Of a stretch of 49,207 nucleotides of DNA, positions 9,515-18,539 are shown one piece after another. A program made the position numbers and the translations under genes. How positions within the stretch are numbered: the stretch's first letter is position 1; each line of letters begins with the position of its first letter. The notes under the pieces are model-generated. The model ran no database searches. It was not told the DNA's origin and saw nothing but the letters and a program-made list of their open reading frames with translations. The stretch is from Candidatus Aegiribacteria sp. (lineage in GTDB: Bacteria > Fermentibacterota > Fermentibacteria > Fermentibacterales > JCC-6): NCBI GenBank assembly GCA_030613065.1, contig JAUWMQ010000005.1, forward strand, positions 1-49,207, read 5' to 3'.

Positions 9515-12346
9515 ATGAGAAATCTCTTACCGATGCTGCTGTTCATCCTGATCGGAGCGGTTTCGGCTGCCCCGCCTATAATTCACGGAGCCGTACCGCC
9601 ACTGCATGAAAGACCCTCAGAAGGGGCCGCGATTGCCGGGCCTGGCAAGGTCGACAGCTCTGATGAAACTATGAATGTCTGTATGATAAGGGCGCAGTTT
9701 CTGGAGGATTTTACCGATGAAACCAGCGGGAACGGTAGAATTGATCTGAGCGCCGACCCGCCCCATAACAAGGATTATTTTCAGGGCATAGCAGACGATA
9801 TCGCTTCCTATTACGTGGATATAAGCGGAGGAGAACTGGTTCTTTCCATTGATGTATACCCAGCATCAATGAATGGTTCTTATACAATGCAGCACCAGAT
9901 GATGTATTATGGTAACGACGCGAACTACATGCAGGGGGCATGCCTGCTTCTGGAGGACGCTGTCCTGCAGGCGGATGAGGATATTGATTTTAGTCTGTAC
10001 GATGCGGTTATTGTCATTCATGCCGGTTCCGGTCAGGAAGCTGACATTTACAGGAACAGCCCGGGAGACATCGGATCGCTCTTCCTTACCCTGACTGATT
10101 TGATCTTTTACCTCCCCGGGGCAGGCCTGGGATTTCAGGGAATTCGCACATCCGACGGAGTTTTCGTCCGTGAGGGCATGATCGTACCCGAGCAGGAATC
10201 ACAGGACGGATTCGGCCTTGGCGTGCTTGGAACCATCTGCCACGAATTCGGACACCAGCTGGGGTTGCCGGATCTTTACGATACCAGTACGGGACATGTG
10301 GGAGTCGGCGGCTGGGACCTGATGGGTTACGGTCAGTGGATTATGAGCGGTTACTGGCCTGCGTCACTCAGCGCGTGGTCCAGGATATATCTCGGCTGGG
10401 ATACGGCTACGGAAGTATCCGATGGAACCTTCACACTGGCTTACAACGATTCGATTCTTAAAATTCCTCTTAACGGCTCGGAGTATCTGCTGGTGGAAAA
10501 CAGGCAGCGTGACCCTGATGGGAACGGGATGTGCGGAATACATGAGCACGATTTCGGCCTTCCCGGTTCAGGGGTTCTGATATGGCATATCGATGAAACT
10601 CGTCTGGGAGATTACCTCGCAATGAATATGGTCAATGTGGACCCCGAGCATAAAGGTGTTGATCTTGAGGAAGCTGACGGTATACAGGATTTTGACTATT
10701 CACTTCCCGATATATACGGTTACGAAGGCAGTGAGTTCGACCCCTGGTTCCCGAGTGGTTACGCCTGGGAGTTTTCTCCCACCTCCGAACCATCAAGCGA
10801 TGCCAGCTGGGGAGGTAAAACTTTTGTTACGGTAGAAGTCCTGGATGACCCGGCAAACGAAATGGATGTTCTGGTAACAAGAACAACAGTATGTGACGGG
10901 TGGCCCATTCAGGCATCTCTTATTAAATGGGGACCACTGATCTGGGAAGATGCCGATGCTTCAGGAGATCGGCTTGTAGTAACAACGATTACCGGGCACG
11001 TAAGCGCTTATATGCAAGATGGTTCCGGGCCATACCCCATGGGAAATGGAATTACTGCTCCTCCCGTGGCCGAAAACCCTTCTGGCGGTGCATCACTTCT
11101 GCTTGTATGCGGAAACGACGGACAGGTGCATTTAAGGGATATACAGTGGAACGAGCCTGATGGCTGGCCTGTTACTCTTTCGGGAGGCGGCACAGGTACA
11201 ACTGCTCTGATCAGTTCGGAGCTTGGTATTGTAGCGGTGGCCGATGATGTGAGTAAAGTACACCTTTACAATTCCGCCGGAATACAGCAAAGCGGATGGC
11301 CTGTTGATACCGAGGCTCAGGTAGCTGGTATGGCTGTATATCCCGATGATGAGTATCCTGGCATAGTTGCGTCAACGATTGATGGCCGTGTTTATCTCTG
11401 GAATATTGATGGAAGTGAAGCAGATGGCTGGCCCGTTACTCCGGGCGATGAAACAATCAGCATACCCCTATCCGCTGATATAAACCGTGACGGTTCTGCC
11501 GATATCGTCGTAGTCAGCGGTGATTACCTCTACGCATATGACATAGAAGGAGATATCCTTCCGGGATTCCCATCAATGCTTCCCGGTTCCCCTCTCTCTT
11601 CACCCAGTTTGAGTGACCTGAACAGTGATGGAAGACTGGAAACAGTTATCCCCACGGATTGTGGTGCAACTGCTGTTTGCGCCTCGGGTGTCACCCTTGA
11701 GGAGTGGCCCGTGAAGCTTGAACAGGACAGCCTGGTTTCCGGATTCAGCAGAAACAGAATGGGTATCGGAGGCAGCGGGTTTGTATTGATTTCAATGGAT
11801 GACGGCCGGATATGCATGTTCGACTCGGATGGTAAACAGTTCGGAGTATTCCCGGTATCCGTTGGAGACGAACCAATCGGGCGTCCCCTGCTGTGGGATC
11901 CTGAGAATACAGGGAACTGGAGGTTAGTCGCTGCCGACACGAACGGCAATGTCTGCTGCTGGAACATTTCGGTGAAGCCTGAGGGCTGGTTCACCGGTAT
12001 GGACATGTCCGGCAGCAACTGCTGGTGGAGTGAGGATCTTCCTCCTGCTCCGGTTTCCGGCTCCACACTCCGGGAGGGTTCCTTCTACGTTTATCCGAAT
12101 CCGGTTCAGCAGGGAAGCGGAATAATACGTTTCCAGCCCGGTGAGAATTGTTCCTGGGAGATAAGGATATTCAATATGGGTGGCGACCTTGTTGCCCATA
12201 AAACCGGAACAGCACCCGGAGGATCACCCTGGGAAGTACCCTGGAACACCGAGGATCTTGCCCCCGGTGTCTATTTTGTAAGCCTGCACATTTCGAGCCC
12301 AACCGGCTCAACTGATGCTTTATTCCATGCGGCGGTGATAAACTGA
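9515..12346 (+). CDS. M6 (immune inhibitor A-like) metalloprotease with an FG-GAP/VCBS-like propeller and a T9SS type A CTD
   Basis: VIHAG, HEFGHQLGLPDLYDT, WDLMGYG, YLLVENRQ, GVLIWHIDE, LEEADG; repeated (D/S)GWP blades and ADINRDG/DLNSDG motifs; C-terminal YVYPNP...IFNMGG...LAPGVYF. Confidence 0.85.
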   Translation: MRNLLPMLLFILIGAVSAAPPIIHGAVPPLHERPSEGAAIAGPGKVDSSDETMNVCMIRAQFLEDFTDETSGNGRIDLSADPPHNKDYFQGIADDIASYYVDISGGELVLSIDVYPASMNGSYTMQHQMMYYGNDANYMQGACLLLEDAVLQADEDIDFSLYDAVIVIHAGSGQEADIYRNSPGDIGSLFLTLTDLIFYLPGAGLGFQGIRTSDGVFVREGMIVPEQESQDGFGLGVLGTICHEFGHQLGLPDLYDTSTGHVGVGGWDLMGYGQWIMSGYWPASLSAWSRIYLGWDTATEVSDGTFTLAYNDSILKIPLNGSEYLLVENRQRDPDGNGMCGIHEHDFGLPGSGVLIWHIDETRLGDYLAMNMVNVDPEHKGVDLEEADGIQDFDYSLPDIYGYEGSEFDPWFPSGYAWEFSPTSEPSSDASWGGKTFVTVEVLDDPANEMDVLVTRTTVCDGWPIQASLIKWGPLIWEDADASGDRLVVTTITGHVSAYMQDGSGPYPMGNGITAPPVAENPSGGASLLLVCGNDGQVHLRDIQWNEPDGWPVTLSGGGTGTTALISSELGIVAVADDVSKVHLYNSAGIQQSGWPVDTEAQVAGMAVYPDDEYPGIVASTIDGRVYLWNIDGSEADGWPVTPGDETISIPLSADINRDGSADIVVVSGDYLYAYDIEGDILPGFPSMLPGSPLSSPSLSDLNSDGRLETVIPTDCGATAVCASGVTLEEWPVKLEQDSLVSGFSRNRMGIGGSGFVLISMDDGRICMFDSDGKQFGVFPVSVGDEPIGRPLLWDPENTGNWRLVAADTNGNVCCWNISVKPEGWFTGMDMSGSNCWWSEDLPPAPVSGSTLREGSFYVYPNPVQQGSGIIRFQPGENCSWEIRIFNMGGDLVAHKTGTAPGGSPWEVPWNTEDLAPGVYFVSLHISSPTGSTDALFHAAVIN

Positions 12347-13008
12347 TGAAAAATTTCGCGCTTCTGCTCGCATCCGTTCTGATTCTTCTTCCCGGAATCT
12401 CGGAAGCAGATCTGAGCTCCCGAAAGGGAGCAATGCTGCGATCCGTCCTGCTTCCCGGATGGGGTCAGATGCACCTTGGACATTCAACAAGGGGGATAGT
12501 CTTCATGAGTCTTGATGTCCTGACCTGGACAGGAGTTGGACTCTCCTATCTTGAAGGTACCTTCAACAGAGACGATTACAGGTGGCTTGCAGTATCCGAA
12601 GCCGGTGTTTCCGTTTCCGGCAGATCAGGCGATTTCCTCGATGATATGTCAGATTTTGCTTCAAGCGCTGAATTCAACGATTACATTCACAGGCTCGCCA
12701 GGTACTATTACCCCGATGATCCCGATGCTCAGAGGGCATATTTTGAATCCCATGCCCTGTACGGCGGTGACAGTTGGGACTGGTCATCTGACGCGGCCAG
12801 GAACCAGTTCACCGACAGACTGAGAGACAGCAGGCAATGGTTCAGAAGAAGCATGTATATAGCCGCCTTTGCTGTGGTTAACAGGGTTGTAAGTGTGATA
12901 GACGCTTCTCTTCTGGATGAGAGCCAGCCGGGCGTTTACACCTCACTGTCTTTCCCCGAATTCCGTGACTTCTCATCAGTCAGGTTTTCGATAGGAGCCA
13001 GATTCTGA
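12346..13008 (+). CDS. Hypothetical envelope protein (DUF5683-like)
   Basis: Signal peptide; RSVLLPGWGQ motif; VNRVVSVIDA; C-terminal Phe; TGATG-coupled to neighbours on both sides. Confidence 0.6.
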   Translation: MKNFALLLASVLILLPGISEADLSSRKGAMLRSVLLPGWGQMHLGHSTRGIVFMSLDVLTWTGVGLSYLEGTFNRDDYRWLAVSEAGVSVSGRSGDFLDDMSDFASSAEFNDYIHRLARYYYPDDPDAQRAYFESHALYGGDSWDWSSDAARNQFTDRLRDSRQWFRRSMYIAAFAVVNRVVSVIDASLLDESQPGVYTSLSFPEFRDFSSVRFSIGARF

Positions 13009-14672
13009 TGGTATTACTTATTCTCTCGCTGATTCTTCAGAGTTCCGCCCCGGCATGGTGGATCGATGGAACACCTCTGGTTCCGGGTATCATGGAGATA
13101 GAAAGACGCCACGACCCCTCTTTTGAGCCCACTGGTCCCCTCAGTTCCGGCAAGGGTCACAACATAGGAGATACGATAAATTTCTGGTCGATCGATCACA
13201 GTACCCAGTACCCCATGTTCTATCTAACTTCCGCCACCTGCAGGTATGTTGGAGAAAGAACGTACATTTTTGTAGAGGATACTCAATGGGATATTGATAC
13301 GGTCACTCAGAGCTATGTTGACGAGTTTTCAGCCGCCCTGGAGGACAGCACTCCATCGGGGCCCGGAGGAATCGTTGAAACCGATATCGCAGTTTTCGGA
13401 CAACCGCCCGATGCCATCGACGGAGACCCGAAGATCTACTTCCTGGTGCTTGATATCAGGGATGGTTTTATCGATTCGCTGGGTGGTGCCTACATTGCCG
13501 GTTTCTTCAGCCCCTACAATCAGTTCACCGAGACCGAGGCGTATCTTTACTACGGTGGGCATTCCAACGAAGTTGAGATGCTTTACATAGATTGTCACCC
13601 GAGTAATCAGAGTGATGCGGCTTACACGGCATCTCATGAACTTGTGCACCTTATCCAGTGGGGAATTCAGCCCTTCAGCTACGAGGAGCTGTGGGTGATA
13701 GAGAACCAGGCCCAGTCAGGAACATTCGTATGCGGTTATCCCGCGTTCCAGATTGAAACATTCCTGGAGGTGGGGGGAATAACCCCTATCAAGTGGACGA
13801 ATCTGGAAGACATCATAGAATACGTTGCAGGCTACGGGGCAGGCTACCTTTTCTTCGCTTACCTGTACGAGAATTATGGTGGAGTGGATTTTCTTCATGA
13901 ATCCCTGAGATCCGCAGAGCGCGGAATTGCTGGAATAAGTGAGGCCATCCGCGACGTCACCGGTTCGAATCCCGATATGAACCGGATTCTCCTTGACTGG
14001 ATGCTGGCCTGCTGGATAGATGATCCGGACTTCGGCAATGGGAAATACGGATGGGAATCCTTCAGGATCGCTGATTATGATACGGTATCTCCTGGCAACA
14101 GACCCGGGCTTGATTACACTTTCGAGATAGCCACAGATCCTTTTACGCATTCAGGTGACCATATGTCCTCGTACCAGGGCAGATATTACAGCGTTGATGA
14201 ATTGCTTACAGGCAGCTTCCGCGCTGCGACCTCAGGTCTCGGAGATCTGGAGGCATTCCTGTACGACGACACATTGGGAACACTTGAGGAAGTGAATATC
14301 GGTTCAGCAAACGATGTTGCGATATCACTTCCTGTAGAAGCTGACATTCTACTTCTCTGCAGCTCATTCTCAGGACTTAACCTTGATGTTTCTGCAGGCT
14401 CAGTCCTCTCCTCCGGGGATGTATTCACGTTCTATCCGCAGCCATGCCGCGGTACACTCTACTTCCAGTTTATTTCTGATGGAGGAGATGTGGAACTTTC
14501 GGTATTCACTCTTGCCGGTGAATATGTGGAAACCGTGGGCTTCAGCAGCGTAAACAGCGGAGAAGTGACACTCGCCTATCCCGGTGCGGCCGATCTCTCG
14601 TCGGGTATCTATTTCTTCAGATTCAGCCAGAGCGGCAGCATGGAAACCGGCTCCTTCGCAGTTGTGCGCTAA
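13008..14672 (+). CDS. Secreted zinc metalloprotease (M30/hyicolysin-like) with a T9SS type A CTD
   Basis: DAIDGDPKI, AGFFSPYNQ, SNEVEMLYID, SHELVHLI (HExxH), W..E; C-terminal FYPQP...SVFTLAGE...LSSGIYFFRF. Confidence 0.75.
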   Translation: MVLLILSLILQSSAPAWWIDGTPLVPGIMEIERRHDPSFEPTGPLSSGKGHNIGDTINFWSIDHSTQYPMFYLTSATCRYVGERTYIFVEDTQWDIDTVTQSYVDEFSAALEDSTPSGPGGIVETDIAVFGQPPDAIDGDPKIYFLVLDIRDGFIDSLGGAYIAGFFSPYNQFTETEAYLYYGGHSNEVEMLYIDCHPSNQSDAAYTASHELVHLIQWGIQPFSYEELWVIENQAQSGTFVCGYPAFQIETFLEVGGITPIKWTNLEDIIEYVAGYGAGYLFFAYLYENYGGVDFLHESLRSAERGIAGISEAIRDVTGSNPDMNRILLDWMLACWIDDPDFGNGKYGWESFRIADYDTVSPGNRPGLDYTFEIATDPFTHSGDHMSSYQGRYYSVDELLTGSFRAATSGLGDLEAFLYDDTLGTLEEVNIGSANDVAISLPVEADILLLCSSFSGLNLDVSAGSVLSSGDVFTFYPQPCRGTLYFQFISDGGDVELSVFTLAGEYVETVGFSSVNSGEVTLAYPGAADLSSGIYFFRFSQSGSMETGSFAVVR

Positions 14673-15420
14673 CACCTTAACCTTTCTGCTCGCAGCTCTG
14701 AGTGTTCTCTACGTTTCCGAAACAGCTTCACCACTGCCAGACAGTGATGAACGATACCTTACGGTTCCCGATGGGATAATTGACGCCGAGATAAACGGGG
14801 CAGGGGATATCTACGTGCTTCTGCCGGGGTTGCCTCACCTGCGCATCTACGCAGCGGGGGGGTCCATCTCCGAATATGACCTGTCCGATGTTCTTCTTCC
14901 AGGAGGAATGTGCATCGATGAAAGATGGGGATGGTTTATTACTGGTGAACTCACGGATATGGTTTACCTGTATGACAATGCAGGTGAGCTTACGGATTTC
15001 TGGGATTCCCGCGGCATGCCGGGTGATATATGTCTCAGGGGTTTATCCGTTCTGTACGTTTCACGGGCAAGCGGTACGATTACTCTGATTGATGAACCGG
15101 ATGATATTCTTGTAAGACTGAACGGTTCCGGTAATGGCCAGCTCACCGCGTCGGGAAATGAAGCGGTCTATTCAAGTGGAAACGAATCCCTGCTCCTCAG
15201 AAATTATTCCACCCCCGAATCTTTGCCCGATGCAGGCACTTGGACCGTTGCCGGAAGAGGGATGATGGTTCTGCAGGATTCCTGCGTACTTGACGGTAGC
15301 GGGGCTGTTCTGTTCCAACTGCCCGAACCGGGGGAATTCTCCAGGATATCCTGTTCGGCGAACGGCAATCACTGCCTGCTCTGGACACCGGGGAAAGGCA
15401 GAATTCTGGTGCTGCGATGA
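14662..15420 (+). CDS. Hypothetical exported protein, possible NHL-type beta-propeller
   Basis: Hydrophobic N-terminus after an in-frame TTG at 14662 (start uncertain; ORF track 14584); PGGMCID, GDIYV, VYLYDNAGE blade-like repeats; ATGA overlap with the next gene. Confidence 0.55.
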   Translation: MCANTLTFLLAALSVLYVSETASPLPDSDERYLTVPDGIIDAEINGAGDIYVLLPGLPHLRIYAAGGSISEYDLSDVLLPGGMCIDERWGWFITGELTDMVYLYDNAGELTDFWDSRGMPGDICLRGLSVLYVSRASGTITLIDEPDDILVRLNGSGNGQLTASGNEAVYSSGNESLLLRNYSTPESLPDAGTWTVAGRGMMVLQDSCVLDGSGAVLFQLPEPGEFSRISCSANGNHCLLWTPGKGRILVLR

Positions 15421-18400
15421 GCCTCTTCTCCGCCGCGATAATACTTCTTACATCAATGACCCTGGAGTTTGAAAGTGATGGTTCGGCTTTCTTCGAGACT
15501 CCCGATTCTATCTGGATTGCGCCAGGCTCGATTACAGCCATCGCTGACGGTGATACGCTGAGTGCGGTGCCCGGAACATCGGGAAGTAGGACAGGCGTCA
15601 TTTTCGATCCCCCCCCGCCAGCAGGCTGTACCGTTGAACTGGAATTTGAAGTGCTTCATTTGAGCATCCCTTCATCGACTTCACTTGATGTGGGCTTTTT
15701 AGAGAGGCGGATAATCGAGCAGCTTCGAGGGTATGAAACCGATCCTTTTCAGGAACATGGTCTTTACATATCAGGTTCAAAAAGAATAGGGTTTTCAGTG
15801 GGTGACGGAGGAGGACTGGATCAGGGAACAAGAATTTCGGTTGAAGGCAGCGCGGCTCCGGGAATCACGGTTTCAGGAAGCATAACCGACCGCAACCTGA
15901 CAGCCGGACCCACTTCCTCAGAACTTGTCTCACAGCTTGACAGGATATTTTTCATAGTTGATGGTGGATCATGGAGAGCCAGGCTGGGCGACATGGACTG
16001 GATAAGCGGTAACGGAGAGAACGGACCCCTTTCATGGAGACGGGAAGTAAGCGGAGTTGATGCTCAGGGGGATATCACCAGTTCCATCACCACCGGTGCC
16101 GGTTACGGAACATCGGGGGATTCCAGGCAGAGGTCCGTATTCTATACAGATGAGGGAATTCAGGGGCCATACGATGTGTCAACCGGATGGGAGATCGTCC
16201 CCGGCAGTGAGAAGGTATGGCTGGATGGACAGCTTATGCGCCGTGGCGCCACTGAAGACTACCAGATGGAATATACAGCAGGTCTGATAACTTTCACTGC
16301 AGTGCGACTCATAAGGTATGACCAGAGAGTGGAGATCACCTTCTTCCAGCGAGGTGATGGCTTCAGGAAGGATTTTGTGACCGCCTCCGCGCTCTACTCC
16401 CTAAGCGACCTTGAGATTGAATTCAAGGGTTTCCACAGTTTAGATGACAGGGAATCACCTCTGGGGTTCCTGCTGACCGAAGAGGCGGCTGAAGTTCTCC
16501 GCAACGCCGGCGAGGATCCTGCTGACGCATGGCTTGACGGGGCTACCAGCGTCGGGCAGGGGGAAGGCAGTTATACTCTGGATTCACTGGGACATTACGT
16601 GTATGCAGGACCGAATCAGGGCGACTGGAATGTCATTTTCGGAAGACCGCCATCCGGGAACGGAGATTACATTTTCGACAGTTCACTCGGAGGGTACTTA
16701 TGGGCAGGCGAAGGTAGTGGAACTCATCTGCCGCGTCAGTACGTGCAGATTCCTTCAGGCTACAGTACAGGCGGTTTTAAAGCGGAATACGCATCCGGCA
16801 GTATTGACATGGAGCTTGAAGCAGCCTTTTCCGGAAGAACCGGAAATCTGTACAACCCGGATAATACTTCAAGGGAGGGAACCTGTTTTATCGCTGCCGC
16901 CGAAATGGAATTCTGGGAAGACGGTCCGGGACTGGGTATCGGGGGAAGGATCGTTTCGTCCGGTTACGAACCTCCCGGAGAGCTCGAGCCGGACAGTGCT
17001 CTTTCCGCATGGTCCCTTCCCACACAATACGATGGCAAAGATAACGTCGTGGATGTGAGTCTTGGAGGAGACAGACTTCTTGCGTCTGCTTCGGGCAGAT
17101 TCATGGAATCCGGAGGTATCCTTGAGCGATATCGCATTGCTTCGAATCCTGTTGTGGGGAATATCAGTGTCCAGGCAGGAGGATTATTCCTCAGGAGGAA
17201 CGATACCCCTGAAATGGCTTTAGGTCAGACCTCATCCATCTCCGTATCAGCAATTCCGGTGACAGGTTCGCTCAAACCTTTCGTGGGCTGCAGCTTCTTA
17301 AAGGAGTTCTGGGAGGACAGCCTCTCAGGAGGAGTGAATACAGAATATGCAGGTCTCTCCTATTTCAGGAATACTACCGATGCTCTCCTCCGAATTGAGC
17401 TTCAGGACGACGGAAGGTCCGGTGGAGCTTCAGGCGGATCCTTCAACGTGTGGAGAGCCCGTCTCGAAGGATCCGGTCCCGCTGGTGAATTCAGATACAA
17501 AGGCAGCCTGGAGCATTCTTCAACCTCGTTCGATTCCGGTGGAGAACTCCAGGCGGATGCTATCAGGCTATCCATGACCGGAACATCGGGGGATATATGG
17601 ATGCAGGCGGTCTACAGTGGTTCAGGAACCGTAAGCAGGTCACTTGATGTTATGTTCGTATACGCGGGAGAGGGGGAAGGAAACTACAGCTACGATCCCG
17701 AAAGCGGTCAGTACTACGCTGACCCGGATGGCGATTACATTGTAATCTACCAGCCGGGAGCTGCAGGCGATGTTATTACTTCCGCATCTCTTGAGACTAC
17801 ATTATCCTCAACCGGAGCATCATCCGGCGTCAGTTCCGTTTTAAGGCTATCGGCCAGCAATTCCCTGGACAGAAAAAAATCTCTTCTGCTGTACGGCGCA
17901 TTTGACAGCAGCGAGGAGGGAGGATACAGCCTGGATATTTCACCGTGGTTTCGGTGGGAAACCGCTCTTCTGAGCAGGCTTAATTTCAGAGGGAGGCTGA
18001 GGAATGAAAGGATATCTTACAGTGGCGCGGGATTGAAGGATGAAAGGTTCTGGTCCATAAGGGCGGCGCCGGAGTTAAGCCTTTCGGATATTCTTCTGAT
18101 CGAATGCTCCGCTAAATTCTGGCGTGAGGAGGAGGAACTCTACTACCCTCGAGATACTCGTGGGTTGAGGCTGGAGATCGATCCGACCCTGGAGCTGTTT
18201 CCCGGCCTGAAATCCGGTATCATGACGGCTTACGAGTCCAGAAGAGAAGTGGTTTCAAGTCTGGATAAATACATGATTGAAGCCGGTCCGCATTTCTCCT
18301 GGATCGGTGGAGGCTGGAACGCGACAGCCCTCGTATCCGCGGGATATATACCCGGGGATGATCTGCTTCCCGCATGGTTCTTTGATGGAAACGACAGCGG

Positions 18401-18539
18401 TATCTCATGGAGAACATCTGCAAGGATAGGCAGGAGCCTTTCATCGGGGCTGGATATCAGTATTTTCTACTGGGGAAGAAAACCATCCGGAAGCAGCTGG
18501 AGTCAGAGGGCGGGCCTTGAGGGAACGGTGAATTTCTAG
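15417..18539 (+). CDS. Large outer-membrane protein with a SprA/Sov-like motif
   Basis: 1040 aa; signal peptide; QGPY...IVPGSEKVWLDGQLMRRG..EDYQMEYTAGLITF resembles a motif recalled from SprA-related proteins; alternating amphipathic beta-strands in the C-terminal half; ends in Phe. Confidence 0.55.
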   Translation: MSLFSAAIILLTSMTLEFESDGSAFFETPDSIWIAPGSITAIADGDTLSAVPGTSGSRTGVIFDPPPPAGCTVELEFEVLHLSIPSSTSLDVGFLERRIIEQLRGYETDPFQEHGLYISGSKRIGFSVGDGGGLDQGTRISVEGSAAPGITVSGSITDRNLTAGPTSSELVSQLDRIFFIVDGGSWRARLGDMDWISGNGENGPLSWRREVSGVDAQGDITSSITTGAGYGTSGDSRQRSVFYTDEGIQGPYDVSTGWEIVPGSEKVWLDGQLMRRGATEDYQMEYTAGLITFTAVRLIRYDQRVEITFFQRGDGFRKDFVTASALYSLSDLEIEFKGFHSLDDRESPLGFLLTEEAAEVLRNAGEDPADAWLDGATSVGQGEGSYTLDSLGHYVYAGPNQGDWNVIFGRPPSGNGDYIFDSSLGGYLWAGEGSGTHLPRQYVQIPSGYSTGGFKAEYASGSIDMELEAAFSGRTGNLYNPDNTSREGTCFIAAAEMEFWEDGPGLGIGGRIVSSGYEPPGELEPDSALSAWSLPTQYDGKDNVVDVSLGGDRLLASASGRFMESGGILERYRIASNPVVGNISVQAGGLFLRRNDTPEMALGQTSSISVSAIPVTGSLKPFVGCSFLKEFWEDSLSGGVNTEYAGLSYFRNTTDALLRIELQDDGRSGGASGGSFNVWRARLEGSGPAGEFRYKGSLEHSSTSFDSGGELQADAIRLSMTGTSGDIWMQAVYSGSGTVSRSLDVMFVYAGEGEGNYSYDPESGQYYADPDGDYIVIYQPGAAGDVITSASLETTLSSTGASSGVSSVLRLSASNSLDRKKSLLLYGAFDSSEEGGYSLDISPWFRWETALLSRLNFRGRLRNERISYSGAGLKDERFWSIRAAPELSLSDILLIECSAKFWREEEELYYPRDTRGLRLEIDPTLELFPGLKSGIMTAYESRREVVSSLDKYMIEAGPHFSWIGGGWNATALVSAGYIPGDDLLPAWFFDGNDSGISWRTSARIGRSLSSGLDISIFYWGRKPSGSSWSQRAGLEGTVNF

